A stretch of DNA of 63,702 nucleotides, filler included, from Sluysia triapertura (Eukaryota): the NCBI GenBank assembly GCA_046118255.1. It is 5 parts of 5 records of this genome, joined end to end, with 100 filler letters (N's around TTAATTAATTAA, not from the genome) between each part and the next. Parts side by side here need not be neighbours in the genome. Positions count along the whole stretch, not along the records: positions 38,083 to 52,315 come from JBJNIA010002450.1; positions 52,416 to 63,702 come from JBJNIA010186336.1; 3 more parts are not named here. One strand, given 5' to 3'. The notes beneath the pieces were generated by a model. The model did no database searches. It saw only the letters and a program-made list of their open reading frames with translations, and was not told where the DNA came from. Numbering within the stretch: position 1 is the first letter of the stretch; each line of letters opens with the position of its first letter. This document shows positions 40,087 through 53,628 of the stretch, piece by piece. The translations under genes and the position numbers were made by a program.

Positions 40087-40582
40087 TGTAAAATACTAAA
40101 GTAATTTTATTAACTCAAAATAAGTTATAAGATAAATTATTATATATTATTTATTTAATGACTTTATTTGTAACTTTGTAATTGCGAATTAATTTGAACT
40201 TTTCCCTAAATGAGAAAAGTTGATAGATTCATTTAGTGAATAAGTGCAAATTTTATAATTTCAAAGTAATAAATTAGCCACTGCATAAACATTTTTCTCT
40301 CCGAATTTCATTCGGATTCGTAAAATAAAAAGTAATACAAATCCTTTCATAGGATTTCCATAAAATAACCATTAAATATCATCCTAAATAAATTGTTTAA
40401 AATTATATCATTTGATAAATAATTGTAGATACACTCATATAACCTCCATATTAGATTTTGGAATTTTTTAACTTTAACTAACTTAAAAATCCAACTCCTA
40501 ACCCTAACCGGTAAGCCTAGTACGTTGGTGGACTCACTTATTAGTTTACTTTATTCCGTAAGGTTAAGAAAAACGCATCACA
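40087..40582 (+). mobile_element. 5' LTR of Ty3/Gypsy-type retrotransposon (~496 bp, TG...CA; motif copy D at 40486-40537)
   Basis: Starts TGTAAAATACT, ends CATCACA just before a PBS; boundaries supported by similarity to 29700-30185 and 42138-42241. Confidence 0.7.
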
Positions 40583-40588
40583 ATAAAC

Positions 40589-40606
40589 TGGTGCCCAGAG
40601 TGAGGA
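40589..40606 (+). promoter_or_regulatory. Primer-binding site complementary to elongator tRNA-Met 3' end
   Basis: TGGTGCCCAGAGTGAGGA versus the complement of animal tRNA-Met(e), TGGTGCCCCGTGTGAGGA; lies between LTR and gag. Confidence 0.7.
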
Positions 40607-40831
40607 CCAGTATTTACAACGATATAAGAATAAATATAAAGATTTAAGCATTTAAGAAAAAGCTTCAGAATAATAATTTTAGAATTTGATTATGATTTCA
40701 TTAAGAATAATTTAAATGTGAGCAAAATTATTATATCCTAAGTTGATTATTAACAGATTAAGTAAGTTTTAAGAAAAATAGATAAACAAATCGTACTACA
40801 CGATGATTACAGATCAAAACTAAGAAATTAT

Positions 40832-41973
40832 ATGGCACTATCTAATGATTTTAAGGAATGTATGGCTGAAGAAATTTGAAATGAAAAAATTTGATGGAGC
40901 AGAGGAAGATCTCTGCGATTTCTTATTCGAATGCAAAAGCATCGCTTAAAGCAAACGGCTGGAATTAAGCCGAAAAAATAAAACGAATCCAAAATTATTT
41001 AACTAGTTTGGCGATCCAGACCTATAAGGAAATAAGTAATAATAATAAACAGACTTGGAATGAATTTGTTAACGCCCTTACTGAAGAAATTGCACTTGAT
41101 TACATGGGAAAGTATTGTACTAAAATGTTAAATTCTAGGATACAAAAGCCAAATAATCTGTATGTTAATACGTTTGTGATCTAAAAAGCTTTGTTGCCAG
41201 AGCAAAAGTCTCTGAAAATAAAAAAGAAGCAACATTAATGGATAAATTAAAAACTGGCCTACGACCAGAATTATATATATGTTACTTTAATAAAAGAAAA
41301 ACCTTTCAAAGAAGTAATTAAGAAATTAAGAAGTATAGAACGATCTTATATTTATGATAAGGATAATATTAATTATGTAAATGATGATGATGATAATAAT
41401 GATAATACAAACGAGATAAAAGTCCAAACTTTACAATTAATAAGGATAATTTTCATAATCGATATATGAATAACTCCTCAAATTATGACAATTATAATAA
41501 TAATCAAAGTAATTCTTATTATAATCGAAATAGCAATTACAAGAGATTTAATAGCCAACGAAGAGGTTTTTCAAATAATTATAGGGTAACTCAAATAATT
41601 ATTATAGAGAAAATAATAATAGTTATAGTGGATTCCAAAATAATAGAACAACTAATTATGGTGCATCTAATTATGAGAAAAGACCAGCACCAAGACGCCC
41701 CCTAGTTCTAACTTTAACAGGAATATGGGTAAGAGTCCAGTAAGATATGAAAATAATAAGACTCAAACTTATATGTATGGAGAGATAATCTGTGATAACT
41801 GTAATAAAAAAGGACATTACGCAAAAGATTGTAGGAAATTAAGACAAAGTGTATTTACTCAAGATTTTATTAAAGTAAGGGGCCAACATCAACAAAGATA
41901 CCAAAACCCTATAAGGAAAGTAAGGTTTAATGATGATAATAATAATAATAAGGGTAATATAAGGGACAGGTAA
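40832..41973 (+). mobile_element. gag: Gypsy-type gag pseudogene (capsid plus CCHC zinc knuckle); pol absent
   Basis: KKFDGAEEDLCDFLFECKSIA/ANGWN capsid motif, KLKTGLRPEL, Asn-rich linker, CDNCNKKGHYAKDC knuckle; multiple frameshifts and stops. Confidence 0.85.
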
Positions 41974-42137
41974 ATTGTAACTATAGAACTCAATAAGATT
42001 ATGGAAATAACAGAAATAAATCAATAAAATAATAAATAGTTAAAAATAGACACGTAATATTTGTATTAGTTTAAAATAGATATATAATGTTTGTGTGTTT
42101 ATTCATATTTACATATATTTACAAATATTTGTTGTCA

Positions 42138-42241
42138 TTTTACGAAAAATCCTCTTTAAACAGGATTTGCAAATAAATGAAATACGAATTCCGATAAATT
42201 TAGGAGGAATTAATTACAAATGTTAATTTTAGTATTTTACA
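42138..42241 (-). mobile_element. Inverted fragment of the LTR 5' part
   Basis: AATCCTCTTTAAACAGGATTT, TTCCGATAAATTTAGGA and AGTATTTTACA match the reverse complement of parts of 40087-40360. Confidence 0.55.
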
Positions 42242-43575
42242 ACTACATAATTTACTTATGATTCTCTTTTCAATAGAATGAGTAATAAAATCGTAAAAAA
42301 TTACAAAATTTTGTGGGAATCTATTACAAAAAGTAAAACCAAACGTTAAAAAATTTACAAGTATAAATTCTTACACAAAAAATTAATAATTATTCATAGT
42401 GAGATTAAGAAATTAACTACAGTTAAGTTAATCTTTAACAAAGGTGATTTTGTTTAGTATTTTCGAAGAACATTTAAATTGTTTTAAAATATATGCAATG
42501 GTAATTTAAGTATTTGTTAGGAGAGTACTAAAAGTACCATAACTTAATAAAAACAAACCAACGAAATTTATTTGACAAAAGAAAATTCTGCTTTTCCAAA
42601 TTTTAAAGCCAACTACCAAGATGATGTTCAAAAAAGTAAGTGATTAATTCTAAAATGTCGCGTAGTTTTAAACTGAACTTGAACTATTTAAAAACGATTT
42701 AAACAATTAATTTAATAATAATAATTTTAATACATGAATTAAATAATAAAATTAAAGATAGTTACTTACATTATGATTATATTTCTCTAAATTCCAAAAT
42801 TTAAATTACGATCAAAATCAATAAATATTGTGAAAAATAAATATTAATAAATAACACACATAGTTATTAATTTGCAATTAAAAAATCAATAAATACACAT
42901 AGTCACACCTCAAGTAATATAAGGTTACATAATCACTGAATGAAATTAAAATGGTATTTGAATATAATTTTTTTACATTATTTAAAATAAATATTTCGAA
43001 CAGTATAAAAATTAAAATTCTCAAATGCAAATTCTAATAATAATTATTATTAAATTCTGAATGAATGTAATCATTAAATAATCATTTAAATATAAACATA
43101 ATAAAACTAAATTCTAAATAAAAAAACGAATCCTTTTCACAAAAATTTTCAAACTATTTTCTAATAATGTAAATAAATGAGGCCTAAAATGTAAAGTTAT
43201 TTAAATATGGTTAGATAATGTTACTATAAAGCACTGTGAATTTATTTATTAAGAATTGTTTAAAAAAATTTTATTAATGAAATATGGTATTCAAAAATAT
43301 ATACAGTTTATTTGATACAGTTTTCATATCATGGATAAATAAAATTGCTTATTTTATTTAAATAAATTAAATTAAAATGAAAATAATATAAATTAATTAA
43401 TTATTAATCATTTTCTATTTAGCACAAAACAACAATATTTTAAAACTGTACACTTAAAGTTTTGCACAAAAATGAAAACCTTAAAATTGTTAATTTCAAA
43501 CGCTATTAAAAATTAACAATTATTCGACTTCTTTCAATTTCCAATATTACATTTGAAATAATGAAACTATGTTAA

Positions 43576-44035
43576 CCCTAGGATTACCTAAAAAATACGT
43601 AAATCAACAAGCGTGGACAAAATTGTCCACAATACATGTTTCTGTATAATATTTAAACAGACTCATTAAATATTATTCCCTTCTTTGAATATAAAAGACA
43701 AACATAATTGTTTTACTTATCGAACATACTAAAAATTCTTTTAGAATTTTTCTTTTCTTCGCGTGTGACAAAATAAAGCAACTTCCTCGGAATGCTCTTG
43801 TTGTTTCTGAGGAAGATTATCATGATGATTCTGCAAAGTTTCTTCTTTCAACGTGAGTTTTGATCAACACAAAATTAAAATTGAAGATAATTATTAAAAA
43901 TTCATGTTTTTGAAGCGGAAATGATTTTAAGTTGTACGGGATGCTTATAAAATTACAATAAAATAATTTCAAAACTTCGACTCAATATGTTTTATAATTA
44001 TAAAAAATTAAAATAGCTGCGTGGTAATCGTAGGG
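43576..44035. mobile_element. piggyBac-type MITE
   Basis: TTAA|CCCTAGGATTACC ... GGTAATCGTAGGG|TTAA (12/13 TIR match, TTAA TSD). Confidence 0.88.
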
Positions 44036-45640
44036 TTAAGCGTTACTTGTCTTGAATTTATGAGATAATACACCTTTCTTCATCATAATCCACATATATT
44101 GTATTGTATCAAGATCAATATGACATATGTTTGTGGAAAATTATTCTAAATTTTGGGAATGTGCAGAATTTGAATATAATTTGTTGAATTCATTTTGCCA
44201 GAAATATTTCCCAAATATGTCTTCTAACAAGTATTTTAAAGCTTCTATTTAACTTAAAAATCATAATTTTCCCATTGATATTAACATTTTTCAATTAACA
44301 TTTTTGAGAACATCCTATTATTTTTCTTTTAATTTTTCTTGAATAAATTGACGATATTTAAATTACTTCATTTAATCTTACGTGTTTTGATAGTACACCT
44401 TTAGATCACATTGTTAACAAATCCTGTTAATTTATTGACCATCTTAGGAAATATATATTTGTCACTTTACTTGACCTGGCCATAGTATTGATCTGTTCTG
44501 ACTACCAAACAAAAATATTTACCTATAACATATCTAAGGAGCACCTGGTGCCCGTCCGATTGTAGAAACATAGGAAGCCACTGATTCATTAGAAGACGAG
44601 TTAAATGTATTTAAACGTTTAGTAACTAATTCGAACATTTATATAATACTATTGTCAAATTTCTGTTTTATATGTTTAGTATTTGCACTCATTAAGTTTA
44701 TTACGTATTATCCTAACAACATCTGACTTTGCAATTCTTGATTTAATTATGAGCAACCCTATATATAGAATTAAAACAAAATCTAATGAAAATCAATTAA
44801 TCGAAATTATTTAATTATTTCCTTTAGTAGGAATAATTGTTTAATTTTACTTAAATAAATAAGCAAACATTATATAATTATTGCAGATAATTAAAGTTGA
44901 AATTATTATTAATATATAAAATGATTATTTTAATTTCTATTTATGTTCACTTCTTACTACATAATATTCTTGTATACTGTAGATTCTAGAAATATTTTCC
45001 AAAACTTTTTCCAAAAAATGTCCTGATTTAGACGGTTTTGATTATTGATTATTAATCAAGCTTTTCCTTACTTCATTGCATAACTTTATTTAAATCTGTA
45101 AAACTTTGTACACAGCAAATATAGAATTAACACAAGTAAATATTTGCGAATTCTGAAAGGGCAAATGATGTATTACCTAATTCTTACATAAAATCCTAAT
45201 CTTAAAAATCCTTTTCAATATGAAGAAAGAATTATCAATTTCGTTAAAAGTATCCAAAAATAGTCACAGAATTACCAGGCAATCATTTATATTAAGAATG
45301 TTCTAACGTAAAACGATCTTTATACAAAACATATATAATTCATATTAATTTAATTTCCAATGCTTGATACATTTTGATCCTAGAATTTAATCAAGGTTTC
45401 AGATGCTTCTAAGCAAATTCATTTATATTATTTCATGTAATGATACAATTTTCCCTTTACATTCTCACCATCTTCATCTTTTAGTACATTCATTATAAGA
45501 TTTTGTCTTGTACAAATTTCATGAATTTAAAACACTATTAATAAAATTATTATTGATGCAGAAATTACATATTATTATAATATAAAATGAGAGATTGAAA
45601 TTTACTCTGATATCACATATCTACTACAGAAATTATAAGA

Positions 45641-45704
<64 letters not shown>
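45641..45704. repeat. (ATT)n microsatellite
   Basis: Directly visible. Confidence 0.95.
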
Positions 45705-45706
<2 letters not shown>

Positions 45707-47269
45707 CTAAGTTATGAGATCAGTGAGAACTATGAAAGCATATATTGCATTTAAGATCATACCTCGTAGCAGTTACATAATAAAATAAGTCAGTTAAATA
45801 AAACAAAAGAAAGAAAATAAATGTAAACTTATTGTTTTTTGTTTTCTTTTTACTTTTCTCATCGTTATTGAGTATATGATTATTTCTAAAATAATATTGG
45901 ATAGATTTTTATCAATGATTCACAGTTTCAATCAGTCTGTCAATCTTGTCTTCATTAAAATTCGAAATTATTCCCCATACTTAAACTGTTTAGTTCACAG
46001 TTTAATAAATACATGTTAGAGGCATTCATTTTTAAACTTATTACTTATTTTCCTTTTTTATAATACAAAAACTTTATAACCGAAATCTGTTAAACTTACT
46101 TCTCCAAATAAAATATATTAAATTAAAACACATCTTGTTAAACTAGATATAATTATATAACTTTTCAGAAACAATCAACAATTTCTTAGTTTCCTTCATT
46201 AAAAAGCTTTCTAAATATTATCTTCCGTCTCTTTCATTTTCAAATTTCAATTTAAAAATGGAATATTGATTTTTTAAATTCGAAATCAGAGAATTAATTA
46301 AAATAAAACATAAAGAATTAACTAGTTTAAAAGTATGTTTTTTTAGTATGAAAATTGATTTTATTATTTATTTTCATATTCTAAATCAAAACTATCTTTA
46401 AATAACGTTTATTCGTTAATGTTTCAAAAAGCTCAAAAATGTATAGCGAACGTAAGGCCTGACTAAACAACGTTAATAAATAACGTTAATGTGAATTTTG
46501 TAACAGAAATAAAAGTAAGTAAATTTAATAACGTTTTCGAACGGTGTTTTTGTAGCTGTTTTTTTAATTTATATTGTTTCGCGTTTAATAATATTTAATT
46601 CATTGTTCATTATTTGATTTATTTCATATGTAAATTTGTATAAAAATTAAGCATAATTTAAATTCAAATCATATTAAAGATCATGTTTTAAAAATCACAA
46701 AGTATATTTACTATTTAAATGTTTAATCACTAAATATAATAAGATATTTAAAATGTTACAAGATAAAAACAATAATAAAGTATTTGAAAGTTGTTTGTGA
46801 GAATTAATAAACAGTTTTTTTGTACAAAAGTGCAACCAAAAAAGATTTTCATAATAAGATTTACTCTAAAACATCAAAGATTTCGTATTGTAACATTAAA
46901 ATAAGACCTTTCTATGTGGTTGTTGATAATAATTACGCTGACGATCATGTTCGATGCTGAACCATATTAACCGAGAAGCATTGTAAGAAGTAACTTCATA
47001 TCTTTATACCCATTGAACTATATAGAAAGTTGCGACATCATCGAAAATTTTTTCCGTTTACTTCGAGTAATATTTGTCATCTTGATTCTCACTCCTAACT
47101 TACTATACCTGAAATAATAATCATCTTATTTTGGTGTCAAGAATGTTAAAACCGATACCAGGTATGCAATAATTGGTGTCAGCCATAATACTGTTGCCGC
47201 TACAGGCACTACGACTATTGTCACAAATTTTAAAATTTATGTAAACATACAAACCAGTAGAGTTATTAA

Positions 47270-47814
47270 CCCTTTAACTGTGGGCATGTATTTAATAGGC
47301 AAGCCGTTCATACACAAAAAAAGCTTAAAATAAAAATAAAATTTTCAAATAAAACAATTTTAAAACAATATTTTAGCAGTAATAAAATTTAAAAACTCAT
47401 TCTTCCTACATTATCCTTCTGTAAGATGATATTCTTGCAATTTAAAGCTGTCTCAGTGTCTATTTTTGTTGTAAAATGAAAATTTCGCTTACGAAATTTG
47501 AAATTTCAATTGAAGTTTTGCGCAAAATGTTTCATTTTAACCTCATAATAGAAATTGTACAGTAAAACTTCCATAAAACGAACTCCTAAAATGTAATATT
47601 ATCTCTAACTTGTTTATTTTTGGTACGGAATAGAAATTCGATTTATGTAAATGTATATTTTATAATTTTGCCTGTAGAATAAAATACACTCTAACTTCTT
47701 CAAATTTGAAATTTTCTCAATACTTACTTTTGAGAAAGTAATGAGATATATAATAACATAGATAAACGACACCCGTTCCCGGATCGCTTATTGACGACAG
47801 TCGCAGTTAAAGGG
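47270..47814. mobile_element. piggyBac-type MITE (second family), with a pogo-like TIR remnant inside (~47560)
   Basis: TTAA|CCCTTTAACTGTG ... CGCAGTTAAAGGG|TTAA. Confidence 0.88.
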
Positions 47815-50439
47815 TTAAAAAGACAAATTAATTTTAAAAATTATACTAAATTTAATATCGAATAATAGAACTGTCAATTTCAATGTTTATATTTACAACC
47901 TCATGAAATTAATGAAAGATTGTCTTAACAAATTTCCTTATTTTGAACAATAATGATAGACTACACATTTTGATGTGTTACCTTCAGATTATTAACTAGA
48001 ATATTGTAATGAAAGTGTAATATAATAATGAAAAGCAAATCATTTAATTAATTTCGTGATATCAGTATAAATATTATTATATCTGATAAAATAATGTAAT
48101 TAGTATTTACTTTTTGTTTCAATTTTTAGACTTCGACGCTATTTAATTGTATAATACTAAATAAGTTTGTTAAAAGTTTTAAATTATTTTATAAATTTAT
48201 TTAATTATTTAAGCATTAAGTTTAGTGAAAGACAAAAATTATTAATTTATTTTAATTTTAGATTGTGCAAGTCATCAACATACATTTTAATCTTTAAGCG
48301 AAAATTCCTAACCTAAAACTTTTGAAATATTTAAACAAATAAATTCATAAATTTAAAATATTTTTAACTAAAAATAGTTTTCTATTAAAGTACAATTAAA
48401 AATATAAATACGAAATAAAATAAAAAATTATTTCTTTATCTCTATTAATAAACAAAATATTTTTGTATTACTTTCCAATTATTTTTCCTCTGCTTTTACA
48501 ATTGCAAATTACAATGTACAATAAAATAATTCTAGTTTTTATAATAAGTTTATAAAATTTAAAATAAAGTTAAAGATATGAATTTCTATTTGTAGTTTTT
48601 TTAGTGCTCTGTATAATTAAATTCTCTGAAGAATTAAAGTAAAAACTATGATGAAATAATTTAAATTTATGTAATTGAAACATGAAATTAAATTATAATT
48701 ATGTAACGTACTTAATAGATGTGAAGAATTATTATTCATACATAATTTATGAAGCATAAATGTACATATTATTTGGATTAATGCAATTACTGAGTGTAGA
48801 TTGGACATAAGAAAAGAAATAATCAAGGAAATTGATTCCTTTATCAACAATAAACATAATTTGTGTAACGCCGATATATACTATGAAATAACTATATAAA
48901 AGTGCTAGAATACCTCATACATAATAAATAATTTTCTAGTATGAAATATTTTCAAGCCTTATCTTAAAGAACTGCACTTGATACCTATAAATGTTTACGC
49001 TATGAAATTCTGAAATCGAAATATGTAACTATTTAAGAAATAACTGCGTTTGTGGAATACACAATGATAATAAGTTAAGTGATACGAAATATACCATTTC
49101 AAAAATCGATAATGTCATATTAAAATATTATGAATTTTCTTAAAATAGGCAAATTTATTTCTATTTCAGAAATATTATGATGTATTCTAAGCTCTGTTGA
49201 ATTATAATTATTATAAAGGAAAAATTTGTCTTTTTAAATACTAACTGATCTTCTGGTGCATAGTTGTAGAATTGTAGAATTGTTACCTACTTTTACTTTT
49301 AAAACTTTTACGATTTTTTACATCTTCGATATGATAACTTTTATTATTACCTGTACTCATATTATTAAAATATTTGTATAGAATGACATTTGTGTCATTA
49401 TAATACATAAATTATTATTGTATTATTATTATAATTATTTTTAGTGCTTTCGTCTTACTAATTAATATTAAAATTTTGTTCATGCTAATTTTATATCTTT
49501 TCGATGTACAATTTTTACTGTTTAAATGTTTCTGAACAACGAATACAAGTATCATTAGTACAAGACTCTGATAATTTAAAATGATTTTACGGTACTAATA
49601 CAAAAATATTTTATAACCCCAAACCCTGACAAAATAAAAATTTTTTTCCTCTTCAATATAATATGAAATAAAATAACATAAATACAAAAATTATGTAACC
49701 ATTGCAATCGATCCAAGCTAAATTTTCTATATCAAAAAAGGAAAATCATTTAAAAATTAATATGTTATATTGATTAAGACTGTCCAGTGAATCCGAAATG
49801 TATTCTTCATCAAGTATGATAACTTCTATTGGGTCGCATTTTCTTTTTCTGACTCAAATTGTCCGATAATTTGTCTATCTTCCGCGGTGATTTGAGCCTC
49901 TCCATTTGGCTGCATTTCGAAGAGCCTCTTGTTATGTACTGTAACACTGCAGGCTATCCGTTTGAAAAGATTTAAAAGAATGTGATAAAAAGTAATAAAA
50001 TGATTTACTAAATGCACCAATTTGTTTACTAATTTTTATACTTGAAATTATCCAATTATAAATGAGACACCAAATCATTTTTAATGTTTTATACCAACTT
50101 GGCGAATTTCAAGCTTTTAATACCAAACGCAACAACTTTATCACTAGGAAAAATATTGACACAAAGGATTGTATTTGATTTTTTGAAGAAACTTGTTAAA
50201 AGGTTACGCACATAAATAAAGCCCTACCGAGTAACGCGATTACCCTATTTATTAAAATCTTGTCCACAATTGCAATAAAATCGATTATCGTTATAAGATA
50301 AGAATCGCTGTAATTAAAGGAAAATTTCGACTAAAGTTGCTAAAGTAATTGTTAGTTAAAATTCGAGATGGTGTATACCATTGATACTAGAAGAATTCGA
50401 CCTTTAATTTACAAGTTAGGAAGAAGATAAAGTTATTCA

Positions 50440-50529
50440 CTTATAGTTACAGGTACGCCCACTTTACGTCATAAACCATATACTGTAGCTGAATACTGCT
50501 AAAATTTATTTGCCGCAGCTTAAGAGTAA
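50440..50529. repeat. ~90-bp MITE-like repeat, copy 3
   Basis: CTTATAGTTACAGG..CCCACTTTACGTCATA... aligns with 8760-8852. Confidence 0.55.
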
Positions 50530-53059
50530 GAAAAACTGCAGCAAAACAATAAAATCTAAAATTACAATATTTGTTACAATAAAAATACTTTTATAATAAG
50601 AGGTAAACTATTAAATAATTCCAAAATAAGTTTAAAATAATCAGATCTATTTAAATTACTATTCAGAATTTTAATATTAATGCAAAAATATTTGTATATT
50701 TGATAATTTTTAGATAAATCATTAACAAAACTCTAAATTTACAAACAAAATTTTGCCACAATAAATTGTATCCTTGAAAATTATTGTTGATATTTTATTC
50801 TTTATAAAATTCATTTTTCTAAATAGATTTGCTTTATAAATATTTAATGTTTTAAGAATTGCATTTGTATTATTTTATAATAAAATAATTTTAACTCAAT
50901 TTTTACATACAAAAATTGATTTTTTACGTTATACTTTTAAAACTTTATTGTAAAAGAAATCTATTCATAATTAGTAATTTAAAATTATAAAATATTTTTA
51001 ATTAATTAATTTATTATTCAGTCAATCATAATCTCTTCAGCTAATATTTATTAACTATCCAAATTATTATAAAACCATATACTGATTTCATCAAATATTT
51101 ATTTGATTTTTATATCAGAGCTAAATTTGAATACACAAAATAGTTCATTTAATCAGAAAACTGAACTATGATATAACTTAACCAAAAATATCTGAAATGG
51201 AAAGTACTTATAATAGTAACAGTGTAAGTGCAATCAAATTCTATTCTTACTGACAAAATAAAATCAAAAGATTAATTTTAAAAATGCGTAAATAAAAAAG
51301 AATTATATAAGTAATATATGTTTATCGTCAATATACTTCAAAACAAATTTGCTTTACAATTTCATTCATATCATTGCGAATTTATAAAGTAAAATAAAAA
51401 TAACATTAAAACAAAATATTTTTGTTAAGCTAGATATAAAGAATCATGAATTACTTAGTTTTTTCATTAGAAAGCTCACTACATTATGAACATAAAATTT
51501 CTATTTGTAGTTTACCAGATGATCTCGAACTAAAATAACAATAAGTATTTTAATAAGACAATGTAATAATCTAGTTTAATTTTTATATTTCTTATAAGTA
51601 CACAAAAGCGCTTATAATACATCATTTGCTATTGTATAACCGAAGTAGAAAATTTTGTTATTTTTTTGTAAGTACTCATAATCTTCCAATGATTTGATAT
51701 TCTCTGGAAGCTAGTTTTTCAATTTGAAGCCTAATAATAATAATAATTCGAGGGCCGTAATAAGGCTTACTTTTGCATTAGATAATGTATAAGCTGATGC
51801 TAAAACAGCTTTATATGCACAATATTTTAGAAAATTATGTAATTATGTAAAATTATAAGATTATGTAATTTTATAATCAATTTACTGACAATATTTATAC
51901 ATACTTAATCAATCAACGTTTAAGATTTTAAGCACAAATTATATGGGCCACAATTAAATCATTCTCAACTTCATTTTCGACTATATTTTATTCGCAGTTA
52001 TTACTTATTTCTTCAACAACATCAATTGATAAAACGTTTTCTATCTAAATGAGATATTTTGCTTTAGTTTAAATTCTTTTTTAAAACAATAATTAAAAAG
52101 GATTCACACGACTGATAAATTTTGTGCGATAATTTAATACATTATCGGAAATCTATATTCAAAGTTCATAGAAATATTAAATTAAACTTAATGTATAAAA
52201 TTATATATAGTTTTATACATTTATATTTTTTTAATGTGATATTCTTAATACTCAAAACAAGGGTACATTTTTTTAAAGATGACTTTCGAAAGAAAGATTT
52301 TTTTATATTTATCAGNNNNNNNNNNNNNNNNNNNNNNNNNNNNNNNNNNNNNNNNNNNNTTAATTAATTAANNNNNNNNNNNNNNNNNNNNNNNNNNNNN
52401 NNNNNNNNNNNNNNNTAATTAAAAATCTTAATTAACTTAATTAAGAAAAAGTATGTTTTTGTGAATAACTTTTGAATGCGGAATGCTATGTTGAATTTGA
52501 AATTGCGTGTGTATTTGTTTTGAAAAGACCTTTCGATGAAGGTATGGTTTGACCGAGTTCATGCAATGAAAGCCTTAATATTGAGAAAAGTCAAATTTTA
52601 ATTAATTTTTAATTATGGAATGTTGAGTTTTTTATACTTAGAGTGATGAAAATGTTATGAATGGAATATGAGATGATTTCTATGAAATAGGAGAATCTAT
52701 AAGTGAAATCCAAATGTTTGTAAAATGGTTCGTTTAAGAATAAGAACCTTAAAGTATTTTTCATTAAAAAATTGGGTGTAAAAATCAAAAATTAATTAAA
52801 TAATAAAAAAGTGAAATTAAATTCATTATTTTTATGTATGTTAACAATATTGTTATTTTAATGTGTGAGTTAATTTAAGTAAAAGTAGATTGAGTAGAGT
52901 AATGGAAAATCATAAATCATTTTTGTGTTCTGTATGTAATAAAGTTTATATATTCATTTCGATAAATTATACTAATTTTTTCATCAGCCAAAATAAAATT
53001 ATTTGTACTTACAATAAAAACAATGAAAACTGCTTATCGTTTTAATTTCTATTAATATT

Positions 53060-53620
53060 TTTAGGACATTCAATTTTTTCTCTATTTGTTCTTTTTGTAA
53101 TTCTTCAACATATTTTGATGTTTGTTTTTGATTAACTGTGATTCATCTTGTAATTGTTTCATCTTATCATGAAATAACTACAATGTTTTCCAAAGTCTTC
53201 GATCTCATTATCCTTTTCTGATTCATGAAGACTTTTCAATGATTATTTGTCATAATGGATGATTATTTCAATTATCATTAATTTGTCTTCTAAATTTCAT
53301 TTCTCTTCTAAATTGCCTAATTTAATTTCAAATTAGCATTTTTTCGATGTTCATCTTGCAAGTTTCGTTCTGATAATTTACTTTGTTTAACTACATCTTC
53401 GTATTTTAACTTTTCATAATATTAAGAGATTTTTCACTTTTTAACAAGGTTATTCACCTTTGCAAATTATTAATAGTTTCAGTCATTTTTTTATTTGATT
53501 CTGATAATTTTTGGCAAGTGCCTTGAAATTGTGATATTTCTCATTCAATATTATTCTTTTTTTATCACAGTATCTCAACAAGAAATCCTTGATCTATTTA
53601 ATTTCTTCGTATTGTGGAAT
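53060..53620 (-). pseudogene. Decayed coiled-coil coding remnant abutting an LTR
   Basis: Minus-strand segments such as ISQFQGTCQKLSESNKKMTETINNLQ and EDVVKQSKLSERNLQDEHRK, broken by stops and shifts. Confidence 0.35.
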
Positions 53621-53628
53621 TAGTGTAG

